Shown here: positions 1-9,375 of the stretch, one piece after another | How the letters are laid out: the number at the start of each line of letters is the position of its first letter | Numbering within the stretch: position 1 is the stretch's first letter | NCBI GenBank assembly: GCA_050294405.1 | Contig: JBNKOC010000012.1 | Coordinates: forward strand, 320,001-384,000 | DNA: 64,000 nt | Reading direction: 5' to 3' | Source: Fibrobacteria bacterium | Lineage (GTDB): Bacteria > Fibrobacterota > Fibrobacteria > UBA11236 > JADFYW01 | The notes under the pieces: generated by a model | The model's database searches: none | Seen by the model: the letters and a program-made list of their open reading frames with translations, nothing else | What the model was told of the DNA's origin: nothing | Program-made: the position numbers and the translations under genes

Positions 1-2
1 TG

Positions 3-584
3 GATAGCCTGGATGCCGGCAGGTTTGAACGCATCACAAAAAGCGGTAACTTAGCAAAGGTTTTAGGCAGCATATACACTGCCCGGGATATGGGTTTTAA
101 AGTAAAAGTGAATTGCGTGGCTTTTAAGGGAATAAATGATGGAGAGTTTTTGGATTTTTGCCATTGGTCTGCCAGAGAAAAAGTAGAAGTGCGTTTTTTG
201 GAGTTTATGAAAATTGGCCCTCTATACAAGCAAAATTTTAATCGCTTTATTTCCGCGGGAGAAATTCTGGAGATATTAAAAAAAGAATTTACAATAGAGC
301 CCATTAAGGTGGAAAGAGATTCCACCAGTTTTATGTATGCTTTGGACAACGGAGCAAAAATTGGTTTTATCGCTTCGGAAAGTAAGCCCTTTTGTGAGTC
401 ATGTTCCCGCCTAAGGCTTTCTTCTGAGGGAGTATTGCGGTCCTGCCTTATGAAAGAAGAGGGTTTAAATGTAAAGGGTTTGCCCCCGGAAGAATTTTAC
501 AAGGCCTTGGGTTGGGTAATTGCCCAAAAACCAGTGGAAAGGCTGGAGTCTTTGGGACAGTCTATGAATCAAATTGGGGGTTGA
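3..584 (+). CDS. moaA: GTP 3',8-cyclase MoaA, 5'-truncated by window edge
   Basis: Frame open from base 3 (DSLDAGRFERIT...). Contains RFLEFM, C-terminal FCESCSRLRLSSEG..RSCL cluster motif and terminal MNQIGG. Lies next to other moa/mob genes. Confidence 0.95.
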   Translation, partial: DSLDAGRFERITKSGNLAKVLGSIYTARDMGFKVKVNCVAFKGINDGEFLDFCHWSAREKVEVRFLEFMKIGPLYKQNFNRFISAGEILEILKKEFTIEPIKVERDSTSFMYALDNGAKIGFIASESKPFCESCSRLRLSSEGVLRSCLMKEEGLNVKGLPPEEFYKALGWVIAQKPVERLESLGQSMNQIGG

Positions 585-586
585 CA

Positions 587-1726
587 ATGAGCGAATCTAC
601 TTGTACACCGACAAAAACTCCCAAGGGGCCCGGTTCGCACCCTTTTGAAATGGCCATTTGCGGTTATACGGGAAGCGGTAAAACCACATTAATTGGAAAA
701 CTCATTGGAAGCTTTAAGGGAAATTATTCGGTGGGTTTTCATAAACATGACGTACATGCCTTTGATATGGACAGGGAGGGGAAAGACACCTGGAAAGCAA
801 GCCAAAGCGGAGCTTCACAGATTTTAATCGATGGGGATTCCCGACATGCATATATCGGCGAAAAGGGAATGGATGTTTTTTCCCTTTCGGCGGTTAAAGA
901 ACAATGCGATATATCCCTGGTGGAAGGCTACAAAGATTCTGAATTGCCCAAGTTGCTGCTTTTGGATGAAGAGGGACAATTAACCCAAAATTTTTTAGCT
1001 GGAAGGTTTAGCAATGTATTGGGGCTTATATATCCCGATAAAAAAAGTTTGCCTTCCCAAACTGATATACCAAGCTTTCATCGGGATGATGTAAGTGGAA
1101 TAGCCAGTTTTATTTTGAGCCATTTTGAAGAAAAGCTAAAACAAATTCCCCTTTATGGCTTAGTGCTAAATGGCGGTTTGTCCAGCAGAATGGGAGAAGA
1201 CAAAGGCCAGATGGATTACCACGGAAAGGCCCAGGTGCGGTATGCTAAGGAATTGCTGGAACCTTTTTGCGAAAAGGTATTTGTATCCACCAGACCTGGT
1301 AAAACCGCAGAGGGCTTTTCCGAAGCCCAAACCATATACGACAGTTATTTAAATACAGGGCCTCTGGGCGGGATTCTTTCGGCCCAAAAGCAATTTCCCA
1401 AGGCGGCCTTTTTGGTTTTGGCCTGTGACTTGCCTCTGGTTAGCCATAAGAGTTTAGAGCAGATTGTAAAACAAAGAAACCCCTTTAAGTTGGCCAGTTG
1501 CTTTTCAAATCCCGAAAACAACCTTCCTGAGCCGCTGATCGCCATTTACGAACCGAAATTTTTTAAAAGGGCCCATTTGTTTATAGCCCAGGGTTTTGGT
1601 TGCCCCAGAAAAGTGTTGATCAATTCCAACAGCCATGTTGTTGAACCCAAATACCCGCAGGAATTGGCCAATGCCAACACTAAAGAAGATTACCATCAGT
1701 TAAAATCCCGTTTGAAGGAGGGTTGA
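587..1726 (+). CDS. mobAB: MobB-MobA fusion (molybdopterin-guanine dinucleotide biosynthesis)
   Basis: N-terminal P-loop GYTGSGKTT, KHDVH, DREGKDT and VEGYK are MobB motifs. C-terminal LNGGLSSRMGEDKG, GPLGGI and LACDLP are MobA motifs. Start moved to ATG 587, just after the moaA stop. Confidence 0.9.
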   Translation: MSESTCTPTKTPKGPGSHPFEMAICGYTGSGKTTLIGKLIGSFKGNYSVGFHKHDVHAFDMDREGKDTWKASQSGASQILIDGDSRHAYIGEKGMDVFSLSAVKEQCDISLVEGYKDSELPKLLLLDEEGQLTQNFLAGRFSNVLGLIYPDKKSLPSQTDIPSFHRDDVSGIASFILSHFEEKLKQIPLYGLVLNGGLSSRMGEDKGQMDYHGKAQVRYAKELLEPFCEKVFVSTRPGKTAEGFSEAQTIYDSYLNTGPLGGILSAQKQFPKAAFLVLACDLPLVSHKSLEQIVKQRNPFKLASCFSNPENNLPEPLIAIYEPKFFKRAHLFIAQGFGCPRKVLINSNSHVVEPKYPQELANANTKEDYHQLKSRLKEG

Positions 1727-1729
1727 ATT

Positions 1730-1978
1730 TTGAATCCTATTAACATCACTGTAAAATATTTTGCCCTGTTGAGAGAAAAAGCCGGAATATCTGAAGAACA
1801 AATCACCACCGAAGCCCGTACCCCGGAAGCCTTGTATAAAACCTTAGAAGACAAATACCATTTTCACATGAAGATGGAAGGCCTTCGAGTGGCTATCAAT
1901 CAGGAATTTAGCCATTGGCAGGATAGCTTAAAGGAAGGGGATGAATTGGTTTTTATGACCCCTGTGGCAGGAGGCTAA
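1730..1978 (+). CDS. moaD: molybdopterin synthase sulfur carrier subunit
   Basis: 82 aa, VKYFALLRE, C-terminal PVAGG, AAGGAG RBS, TTG start. Confidence 0.95.
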   Translation: MNPINITVKYFALLREKAGISEEQITTEARTPEALYKTLEDKYHFHMKMEGLRVAINQEFSHWQDSLKEGDELVFMTPVAGG

Positions 1979-1980
1979 TT

Positions 1981-2424
1981 GTGTTTTCCATAACATACGA
2001 AAAAATAAATGAACTGAAGTTAAAAGAGTTTTGCATACGTCCCGATGCCGGGGGCTATGTTAGCTTTGAAGGCTGGGTTAGAAATCACAACGAAGGCGCG
2101 GAAGTCATAAAACTCGAATACGAAGGTTATGACGACATGGCTCTTAGACAAGGGCAGAAAATTTTGTCTGAGGCTTTAAAAAAATTTGATGTTTTTTCTG
2201 CGCGCTGCGAACATCGATTGGGAAAGCTGGAAATCGGGGATATGGCTGTATGGGTGGGGGTGAGCTCCGCCCACAGAAAAGAGGCTTTTGAAGCCTGCCA
2301 GTATATTATTGATACGGTGAAACACAGTTTGCCCATTTGGAAAAAAGAATATTATTTAAATGGGGATTCGGGTTGGGTCAATTGTGAGGCCTGTGCTGCG
2401 GCGGGGGAACACCACCACCATTAA
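1981..2424 (+). CDS. moaE: molybdopterin synthase catalytic subunit
   Basis: GGYVSFEGWVRN, LEYEGY, HRLGKL, SAHRKEAF, PIWKKE motifs. Confidence 0.95.
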   Translation: MFSITYEKINELKLKEFCIRPDAGGYVSFEGWVRNHNEGAEVIKLEYEGYDDMALRQGQKILSEALKKFDVFSARCEHRLGKLEIGDMAVWVGVSSAHRKEAFEACQYIIDTVKHSLPIWKKEYYLNGDSGWVNCEACAAAGEHHHH

Positions 2425-2523
2425 TTTGTCAAAATTCGTATAAATGACAATTTGGCAGCTTTTGTCTCATGGAATAATTTAATTTTTGCTTAAATTTTTA
2501 AAAAAGACAAATAGGAGGAGATA

Positions 2524-2976
2524 ATGAAAAAATTGTTCGTGGCATTGATGTTGGCTGGATTTTGCGGGGCTTGGGCTGCCGATGAAGATCCATCTAAGTA
2601 TATGATTAGCACTCCCGATTTAATCAAAGCGGGGAATGCTAAATTTCAAACTTTGTGCGCTGCCTGTCATGGCGCTACAGGTGATGGAAATACTCCAGTT
2701 GCCGCCAGTTTAAAACCCCCTCCTCGTTCTTTTTTAGATCCAAAAGTAGAATGGACTAACGGCCGCGAACCTGCGGAAATTTACAAAACCATTGTTAAAG
2801 GTATTCCAGGTACAGGCATGGCTCCCATGGGCGCTGCCTTAAGCATTAAAGAACGTTGGGCCATTGTTCATTTTATCAACTCTTTGGCGGGCTGCAAAGA
2901 TAAGTACACCCCCATTAGCAAGAAAAATCTGGCTGAAAATTTAAAGAAAGTAAAAGAAATAGATTCTGCGAAATAA
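2524..2976 (+). CDS. periplasmic monoheme cytochrome c
   Basis: Signal peptide, CAACHGATGDG, GIPGTGMAP with likely Met axial ligand, strong AGGAGG RBS. Confidence 0.9.
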   Translation: MKKLFVALMLAGFCGAWAADEDPSKYMISTPDLIKAGNAKFQTLCAACHGATGDGNTPVAASLKPPPRSFLDPKVEWTNGREPAEIYKTIVKGIPGTGMAPMGAALSIKERWAIVHFINSLAGCKDKYTPISKKNLAENLKKVKEIDSAK

Positions 2977-3000
2977 TTTCTGATGCCAGTAAAAGAATAG

Positions 3001-3030
3001 GCGAGGTTTTATGGAGCCTCGCTTTTTTTT
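3001..3030 (+). terminator. intrinsic terminator
   Basis: GCGAGGTTT...GAGCCTCGC hairpin followed by a T run. Confidence 0.75.
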
Positions 3031-3078
3031 TGGGGTTTTTTTCTATTATTCAATCCGTTGGAATAGGAAAGGAATGTT

Positions 3079-4116
3079 ATGAATCCCGTTAAAAAAATTG
3101 TTTTTTTGGTATTATCGGCCTTAGCTCTTACAGCCGCTATGGAGGACCACAAGGTCAATGTTAGTGGTAAAATCCAGTTCAGAGACGAATACAGCTCTAC
3201 AAGCGACAGCGCCTTTAACGCTGTTAAAGTTAAAGGCTACAGTGAAATCAAAGGCGGCTTAGGCGAGTTTTTTGAAACTGGCTTTCGTATTACCACTCAA
3301 AAAGTTGGAAACAAAAAAAGCGCCCATGTGGACTTAAATACAGGCTTTGAAAAAATGACTCCGGGCATCGACAGAGCCTACATAAACATTGTGGTTAACC
3401 CCGAATTAAAAATGCATTTGGGAAAAACAGGCTTTCTGTTTAAAGATGCCGGTTTGTACAGCCAGCACGCCTGGGATAAGGATATCCAGCCCGAGGGCAT
3501 AGCCCTTAAGTTTGATCATAAAACCGAAGAAAACGACTGGGTGAAATCCGGGGGCTTTGTGGCCAGCCTTTATGTGATGGACAATCTGGGAAAGGGCAAG
3601 GATATTCCCACTTTATCTGCGAACCAGGTTTTTTTAGAAGTCCCCCTTAAAAAAATAGCCATGTTGGATATGGCTACTGCCGGCTATTTTTATTTTCATC
3701 CCCAAACCCCCTCTGGTGAAAACCATGGGATGGAATACCACATTTTACACCAATACATCAGCGCCAAGTTCGGATTTACTCCTGTTCCCTGGGAAATTAA
3801 ATTTGAAAATTTTTACAATTACATGACCGATAGGGATAATCTGGGTTTTGTAATGGGCGCAGGGGTCGGAAGAAAAGAAAAATTGGGAGATGTATTCGCC
3901 TTTTTCCAAGGCCAGTATATTGGCGAACGGGCAGTGAACCCGGCCTTTTCCCAGGGCGACTTTGGCGCAGCGTCTGATTATTGGGGCTATTTATTGGGCC
4001 TTCGCATTGGCCTTGACCCCAAAGTGAATTTGGCGTTTAAAATTTTATCCACCAATCCCCAGCGGGAAGAAAACTGGAATTTTAAAGCCCGTATGGATAT
4101 GACGGCCAAGTTTTAA
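3079..4116 (+). CDS. putative outer-membrane porin (Porin_5-like)
   Basis: Signal peptide, IDRAY, WDKDIQPEG, alternating beta-strand pattern and terminal Phe. Resembles 52334..53398. Confidence 0.7.
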   Translation: MNPVKKIVFLVLSALALTAAMEDHKVNVSGKIQFRDEYSSTSDSAFNAVKVKGYSEIKGGLGEFFETGFRITTQKVGNKKSAHVDLNTGFEKMTPGIDRAYINIVVNPELKMHLGKTGFLFKDAGLYSQHAWDKDIQPEGIALKFDHKTEENDWVKSGGFVASLYVMDNLGKGKDIPTLSANQVFLEVPLKKIAMLDMATAGYFYFHPQTPSGENHGMEYHILHQYISAKFGFTPVPWEIKFENFYNYMTDRDNLGFVMGAGVGRKEKLGDVFAFFQGQYIGERAVNPAFSQGDFGAASDYWGYLLGLRIGLDPKVNLAFKILSTNPQREENWNFKARMDMTAKF

Positions 4117-4148
4117 AGGTTTGCTAAATTTTTAACCTTTCTAATGCT

Positions 4149-5516
4149 GTGGACTATGATGTAGCCATTGTTGGAGGGGGAATCAGCGGCCTTTCGGCCG
4201 CCTTTTTTTTAAAATTAAAAAACCCTCGTCTTAAACTTTGCCTTCTGGAATCCTCTCCGAAATTAGGGGGGCTAATATCCAGTTACCAGGGTCCTAACGG
4301 GATAATGGAAGAAGGCCCTTACCTTTTTACAAGTCGTGGCCCTGCTTGCCAAAGTATGTTATCCCAACTGGGTACAAGGCTTGCCTTTCAAAAAGCCGAT
4401 GTAAGTCAGGGGCGGCGTTATGTTTTAAAAGAAAAAAAACTTTGGCCCTTTCCCCAAAATTTATGGGAGTTGGTAAAATCCCCCATTTTAAGCTATGCAG
4501 ATAAATGGGAACTGGTTAAAGAACCCATGCGCCCTGCTGTGTTAAAAGAAGAAAGCCTTAAAAACTTTGGTCTTCGCCGTCTGGGCAGGGGATTTTCGCA
4601 ACATTTTTTAGAGCCCATGGCTGCCAGTATTTTTGCCAGCTCTGCTGAAAAATTAAGTGCAGAGTTAATTGCGGGGAACTATAAAAATTGGGAGCGCCAA
4701 TATGGCAGCATTACAAAAGCCATGTGGGCCCAGAGTTTTAAAAAACCCCTACCCCTGTTTGCCCCGGCACCTCTTTCTCATGGTCTTTATTTCAAAGGAG
4801 GTATGGAAAGTTTTGTATCTGCTATTGAAAGCTGGCTTCTGGAAAAAAACACAACTCTCCTAAAAAATACTCCGGTGTTTGAAATCAAAAAAAATGAAAA
4901 CTGTTATTCCTTATTGACCAGCCAGAGTCTGCGTATAAAGGCCAATAAACTGGTTTTATCTACTCCGGCCCATTGTATTGCAAATATGTTTCCAGAGCTT
5001 TCAAAGCCTCTCAAAACGCTCCTGGAGTCCATCCAATACGCTGCTCTTGCCACTTATTATTTTTCTTTTCCCGCCTCCCAAAAACTGCCCCCGGGCTTTG
5101 GGTTTTTTGTTCCCACATTAACGCAAACTCCCATCACAAGCGGCGTTTTTTTATCCAATCTTTTTCCCCATGTTATGGAGAAGGGCCGCCAACTCTTGAG
5201 TGTTCAATTGGCTAAAACCATGAATCTCCAAAATATTGAGGAAGAAAAGCTTTACTGGCACAGCCATATTAAAAAGCAACTACCCTCTTTTATTTTGCCA
5301 GCTAACAGTGAGTTGGAGCGTTTTGTTTATCTTCCCCAGGGAATGCCGGTGTATTCGCCTTTCCACAAAGAAAAATGCAGCGAAATTGAAAAACTACTGA
5401 AACAGCAATTACCTAACCTTTACATCAACCAAAGCTTTTTGACGGGTTCGGGTTTGGAAAGATGCATGGAGCAATCCCAACAACTTTCTGAAAAGCTCCA
5501 CCAATCTGTCTTTTAA
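4149..5516 (+). CDS. hemY: protoporphyrinogen/coproporphyrinogen oxidase (HemY/HemG flavoprotein family)
   Basis: GGGISGLSAA FAD-binding motif, LESSPKLGG, EEGPYLF, EESLKNFGLRRLG, GGMESF, GFGFFVP. Confidence 0.8.
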   Translation: MDYDVAIVGGGISGLSAAFFLKLKNPRLKLCLLESSPKLGGLISSYQGPNGIMEEGPYLFTSRGPACQSMLSQLGTRLAFQKADVSQGRRYVLKEKKLWPFPQNLWELVKSPILSYADKWELVKEPMRPAVLKEESLKNFGLRRLGRGFSQHFLEPMAASIFASSAEKLSAELIAGNYKNWERQYGSITKAMWAQSFKKPLPLFAPAPLSHGLYFKGGMESFVSAIESWLLEKNTTLLKNTPVFEIKKNENCYSLLTSQSLRIKANKLVLSTPAHCIANMFPELSKPLKTLLESIQYAALATYYFSFPASQKLPPGFGFFVPTLTQTPITSGVFLSNLFPHVMEKGRQLLSVQLAKTMNLQNIEEEKLYWHSHIKKQLPSFILPANSELERFVYLPQGMPVYSPFHKEKCSEIEKLLKQQLPNLYINQSFLTGSGLERCMEQSQQLSEKLHQSVF

Positions 5517-5648
5517 ACTTTTCAAGTTTTTTAGGCAAGACTGGAATTCAGTTTTTTTTTGAGAAATTTGAGCCATTTTTGGCAAAATAAGCCAAAAATC
5601 ACCAAATTTCGTTAATAAAAAATATCCAAATAAAACACTTGCACATAT

Positions 5649-5706
5649 CCCCAAGGTATTGTATTTCTTTAGGTCAAAATTTGAAAACAACCACCATATA
5701 TTGTAG
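5649..5706 (+). promoter_or_regulatory. tandem NrdR boxes upstream of nrdJ
   Basis: CCCCAAGGTATTGTAT (5649-5664) and CCACCATATATTGTAG (5691-5706) match the acaCwAtATaTwGtgt consensus. They are 42 bp apart and lie directly before an RNR gene. Confidence 0.8.
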
Positions 5707-5720
5707 ACAGGGGTCAAAGA

Positions 5721-8700
5721 ATGCAAATTAAGAGAAAATTCACCAAAGCAGGCGAAAACCCGTACCATTCCGTAAAATACGAATGGCGCACCTCCACCAT
5801 CCGCAACGAGGATGGCAGTTCCGCTTCGCGTTCGGTATCTGTAGAAAGTCCTGTGGGCTGGTCTCAGGTAGCCACAGATATTTTAGCTCAAAAGTATCTG
5901 AGAAGAAGCGATGTGCCTCAATTAAATGATAAGGGAGAGCCCCTTTTAGATGAAAACGGAAAGCAAGTTACGGGGGGCGAAAACAGCGTCCGTCAGGTGG
6001 TGGATAGATTAGTTGGATGCTGGCAACATTGGGGTGACGAACACAATTACTTTAACAGCCCTGAAGACTCCCAGGCTTTTTACGACGAAGTGGTGCACAT
6101 GATGTTAAAACAAATGGCCGCACCAAATTCTCCCCAGTGGTTTAATACAGGATTAGCTCTTAAATATGGTATCAAAGGCACTTATCAGGGCCATTGGTAT
6201 GTAGACCCCAAAACCCATAAAATGACCAAATCCGAAGATGCTTTTACCCATCCCCAGCCCCATGCCTGCTTTATTCAATCGGTGGACGATGATTTATTAG
6301 GAGACAACGGTATTTACAGCCTGCTTACCCGTGAAGGTCGTATTTTTAAATTTGGCTCTGGCACTGGAACTAACTTCAGCAACATCCGCGGGGTAGGTGA
6401 AGCCCTTGGCAGTGGTGGTTTCTCTTCGGGCTTAATGTCCTTTTTGCGTATTTACGACAGAGCTGCGGGCTCCATTAAATCCGGCGGAACAACCCGCCGC
6501 GCCGCTAAAATGGTTTGCCTTGATATTGACCATCCTGAAGTAGAAGAGTTTATCAAATGGAAGAGCAACGAAGAAAGAAAAGTAGGCGCATTGGTAACAG
6601 GCGTTCGCTCGGTTAATCAGGCCTTTGAAAAAATCCTAAAAGAAGCCGCTTCTGTAAAAGATGCCTCTGAAGAAGCAGAACCCTTAGTTAAAGCTGTTCG
6701 CGATGCCCTGGATATGGGGCTTCCCGAAGGCATGATAAAAAGAGCTCTGCAATTGGGTTCCCAAGGCATTACTGAATTTAAAATGGATGAAATGAGCACT
6801 GACTATGAAGGCGATGCCTATGCCACGGTAAGTGGGCAGAACTCCAACAATTCTGTTCGAATTCCTCACAAGTTTATGTCCCTGGTTCAAAAAAATGGCG
6901 ACTGGGATTTGACCGGTCGCGTGGACGGCAAGGCTGTAAAAACAATTAAAGCCTCTAAACTATGGGAAGACATCGCAATAGCTGCCTGGGAATGCGCAGA
7001 CCCCGGATTGCAATTTGACGATACTATTAACGATTGGCACACCTGCCCTAGCGATGGCAGAATTCGCAGTTCCAACCCCTGTTCTGAGTATATGTTCCTG
7101 GACGATACTGCCTGTAATCTGGCCAGCATAAATCTGGTTCATTTTATAGACTCTAAAGGCCACTTTGATGTGGACTCTTTTAACCACGCCGTTCGCCTTT
7201 GGACAACCGTACTGGAAATTTCCGTAACTATGGCCCAATTCCCTTCTTTGGAAATTGCCCAGCGCTCTTTTGATTATCGTACCCTGGGTCTTGGCTACGC
7301 CAATCTGGGCAGCATATTAATGAGAATGGGAATCGCTTATGATAGTAAAGAAGCTGCTGCTTTAACCGGAGCTATCACCGCGGTTATGTGCGGCACTTCT
7401 TACGCGACTTCCGCAGAACTTGCCGGAGACCACGGTGCCTTTGCCAGATACGAAGCCAACAAAAAAGACATGTTAAGGGTTATTCGCAACCACCGTCGAG
7501 CAGCTTACAACACCCCTGTGGGCGAATACGAACAATTGGGTATTACTCCCATTGGTTTAAACAAAGACAACTGCCCTTCTTATTTGGCCGTAGCAGCCAG
7601 AGAAGCCTGGGACAAAGCTTTGGAATTAGGTGAAAAACATGGCTATCGCAATGCTCAAGTAACCGTAATAGCTCCTACGGGAACGATTGGTTTGGTAATG
7701 GATTGCGACACCACTGGAATTGAGCCTGATTTTGCCTTGGTTAAATTCAAAAAATTATCTGGTGGCGGTTATTTCAAAATTGTAAACCAATCGGTAGCTC
7801 CAGCTTTGCGTACCTTGGGCTACAATCAGGATCAAATCAAAGCCATTGAACTTTATTGTAAGGGCCATGCCTCTTTAAAAGACTCCCCTCATATCAATGA
7901 GGCTTCTTTAAAAGCCAAAGGCTTTACTCAGGAAGTGATTGATTTAATTAACGGGGCCTTGCCTGGTGCCTTTGAAATCCACCACGCCATTAACTCCTAT
8001 GTTATTGGCCAGGACTTTCTGGCGAAAAAATTAAATGTTCCCAGCGAACAATTAAACCACCCCAATTTCAACATTTTAAGCTTCTTAGGCTTTACTCAAT
8101 CTCAAATCGAAGAGGCCAATCTATATATATGCGGTCGTCAAACCATAGAAGGAGCTCCATATTTGGCCAAAGAGCATTACCCTGTATTTGATTGCGCCAA
8201 TACCTGCGGCCCTCATGGAACCCGTTCCATAGCGCCTAAGGGACACCTTCGTATTATGGCAGCGGCTCAGTCTTTTATTAGCGGTGCTATTTCTAAAACT
8301 TTTAACCTTCCCGGCGACGCCTCTGTGGCAGATGTAAAAGACATTTACAGAACAGCCTGGGAAATGGGATTAAAAGCGGTTTCCATATACCGCGACAGTT
8401 CTAAACTGTCTCAGCCTCTGAGCTCTTCCGGCGCTCTGCCCAAGGTGATGCGCCTTGCCAAGCAGCGTCCTGCCGAGCCAGAAAAACCAGTGGTATTTGA
8501 AAATGTTCAAAAGAAAAAACAGCCCGAGCCTCTTAGCTGGCCACAGTCTAAAAGAAGACAGCTCCCCACCCGCAGAGATGGCTTTGTTCAGGAAGCTGAA
8601 GTAGGCGGCCATAAAATCTTTTTGAGAACCGGCGAATATCCCGATGGCACTTTGGGAGAAATCTTTATTGATATGTATAAAGAAGGCGCTTCTTACCGCG

Positions 8701-9143
8701 GTCTTTTGAACTGCTTTGCCGTACTTACATCTAAAGCATTGCAATATGGTGTGCCTCTGGAAAAGCTTGTAGACAGCTTTACCTTCACCCGTTTTGAACC
8801 CTCTGGAATTGTAAGTGGCCACGAACAAATTAAGAGCGCCACTTCCATCCTGGATTTTATTTTCAGAACTTTGGGACATCACTATCTGGGACTCAATCAC
8901 TTAACTCATGTTAAGTCCATTGAAGATGTTCCTGAAAATACCAAGCAGAAAAAAGAGAGCAAATCCAATGAAAAAGAAGAACTGGTACTCCAGGTAGTGG
9001 ATGAGGGAGCGACAGCTCGTCTGGAATCCCGCCGCGCAGGCTATACAGGGGACACTTGTGGCTCCTGTGGTTCTCTCAGAGTTCGCCGCAATGGCACCTG
9101 CACACTATGCGATGATTGCGGTTCCACCAGCGGTTGTTCATAG
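5721..9143 (+). CDS. nrdJ: adenosylcobalamin-dependent (class II) ribonucleoside-diphosphate reductase
   Basis: PNSPQWFN, HACFI, KSGGTTRRAAKM, SNPCSEYMF, APTGTI, GAISKT, C-terminal TSCPD-like domain and CGSC...CTLCDDCG zinc ribbon. Confidence 0.96.
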   Translation: MQIKRKFTKAGENPYHSVKYEWRTSTIRNEDGSSASRSVSVESPVGWSQVATDILAQKYLRRSDVPQLNDKGEPLLDENGKQVTGGENSVRQVVDRLVGCWQHWGDEHNYFNSPEDSQAFYDEVVHMMLKQMAAPNSPQWFNTGLALKYGIKGTYQGHWYVDPKTHKMTKSEDAFTHPQPHACFIQSVDDDLLGDNGIYSLLTREGRIFKFGSGTGTNFSNIRGVGEALGSGGFSSGLMSFLRIYDRAAGSIKSGGTTRRAAKMVCLDIDHPEVEEFIKWKSNEERKVGALVTGVRSVNQAFEKILKEAASVKDASEEAEPLVKAVRDALDMGLPEGMIKRALQLGSQGITEFKMDEMSTDYEGDAYATVSGQNSNNSVRIPHKFMSLVQKNGDWDLTGRVDGKAVKTIKASKLWEDIAIAAWECADPGLQFDDTINDWHTCPSDGRIRSSNPCSEYMFLDDTACNLASINLVHFIDSKGHFDVDSFNHAVRLWTTVLEISVTMAQFPSLEIAQRSFDYRTLGLGYANLGSILMRMGIAYDSKEAAALTGAITAVMCGTSYATSAELAGDHGAFARYEANKKDMLRVIRNHRRAAYNTPVGEYEQLGITPIGLNKDNCPSYLAVAAREAWDKALELGEKHGYRNAQVTVIAPTGTIGLVMDCDTTGIEPDFALVKFKKLSGGGYFKIVNQSVAPALRTLGYNQDQIKAIELYCKGHASLKDSPHINEASLKAKGFTQEVIDLINGALPGAFEIHHAINSYVIGQDFLAKKLNVPSEQLNHPNFNILSFLGFTQSQIEEANLYICGRQTIEGAPYLAKEHYPVFDCANTCGPHGTRSIAPKGHLRIMAAAQSFISGAISKTFNLPGDASVADVKDIYRTAWEMGLKAVSIYRDSSKLSQPLSSSGALPKVMRLAKQRPAEPEKPVVFENVQKKKQPEPLSWPQSKRRQLPTRRDGFVQEAEVGGHKIFLRTGEYPDGTLGEIFIDMYKEGASYRGLLNCFAVLTSKALQYGVPLEKLVDSFTFTRFEPSGIVSGHEQIKSATSILDFIFRTLGHHYLGLNHLTHVKSIEDVPENTKQKKESKSNEKEELVLQVVDEGATARLESRRAGYTGDTCGSCGSLRVRRNGTCTLCDDCGSTSGCS

Positions 9144-9151
9144 ATGCGATT

Positions 9152-9221
9152 TTATGCGATCACTTCTTCGTTGGAGTTTTCTGTTCAGACCTCGCCGTAC
9201 ATCGGTACGGCTTCGCCCATA
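9152..9221. repeat. short palindromic (REP/RPE-like) element
   Basis: GCCGTAC-ATCG-GTACGGC hairpin at 9194-9211 in a GC-richer intergenic patch after nrdJ. Confidence 0.4.
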
Positions 9222-9321
9222 TGTAGGACCTTTGTTAGGGCTTTTGGTTAGGCTCTCTTCCATAAGGAATTGAGCTGGCCAAGAGCTTTCAAGAGAGAAT
9301 TTTCTATTCTCCGTTACATGG

Positions 9322-9353
9322 AAAACCCTCTCACTTTTGTGAGGGGGTTTTTT
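9322..9353. terminator. bidirectional intrinsic terminator between nrdJ and ccsA
   Basis: AAAACCCTCTCAC-TTTT-GTGAGGGGGTTTTTT between convergent genes. Confidence 0.85.
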
Positions 9354-9375
9354 GTTGCCTAAAATTTAGAGAAGC

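Noticed and set aside
5517..5720. Cobalamin riboswitch before nrdJ
   Set aside because: The spacer is AT-rich with no B12-box-like sequence. NrdR boxes explain the region.
5721..9143. Intein or intron in nrdJ given its length
   Set aside because: No splice-junction or LAGLIDADG motifs were seen. The length fits long NrdJ with a C-terminal TSCPD/Zn-ribbon region.
8370..9273. Alternative ORFs 8370..8900 (-) and 9001..9273 (+)
   Set aside because: They overlap the well-supported nrdJ and have no recognisable domain.
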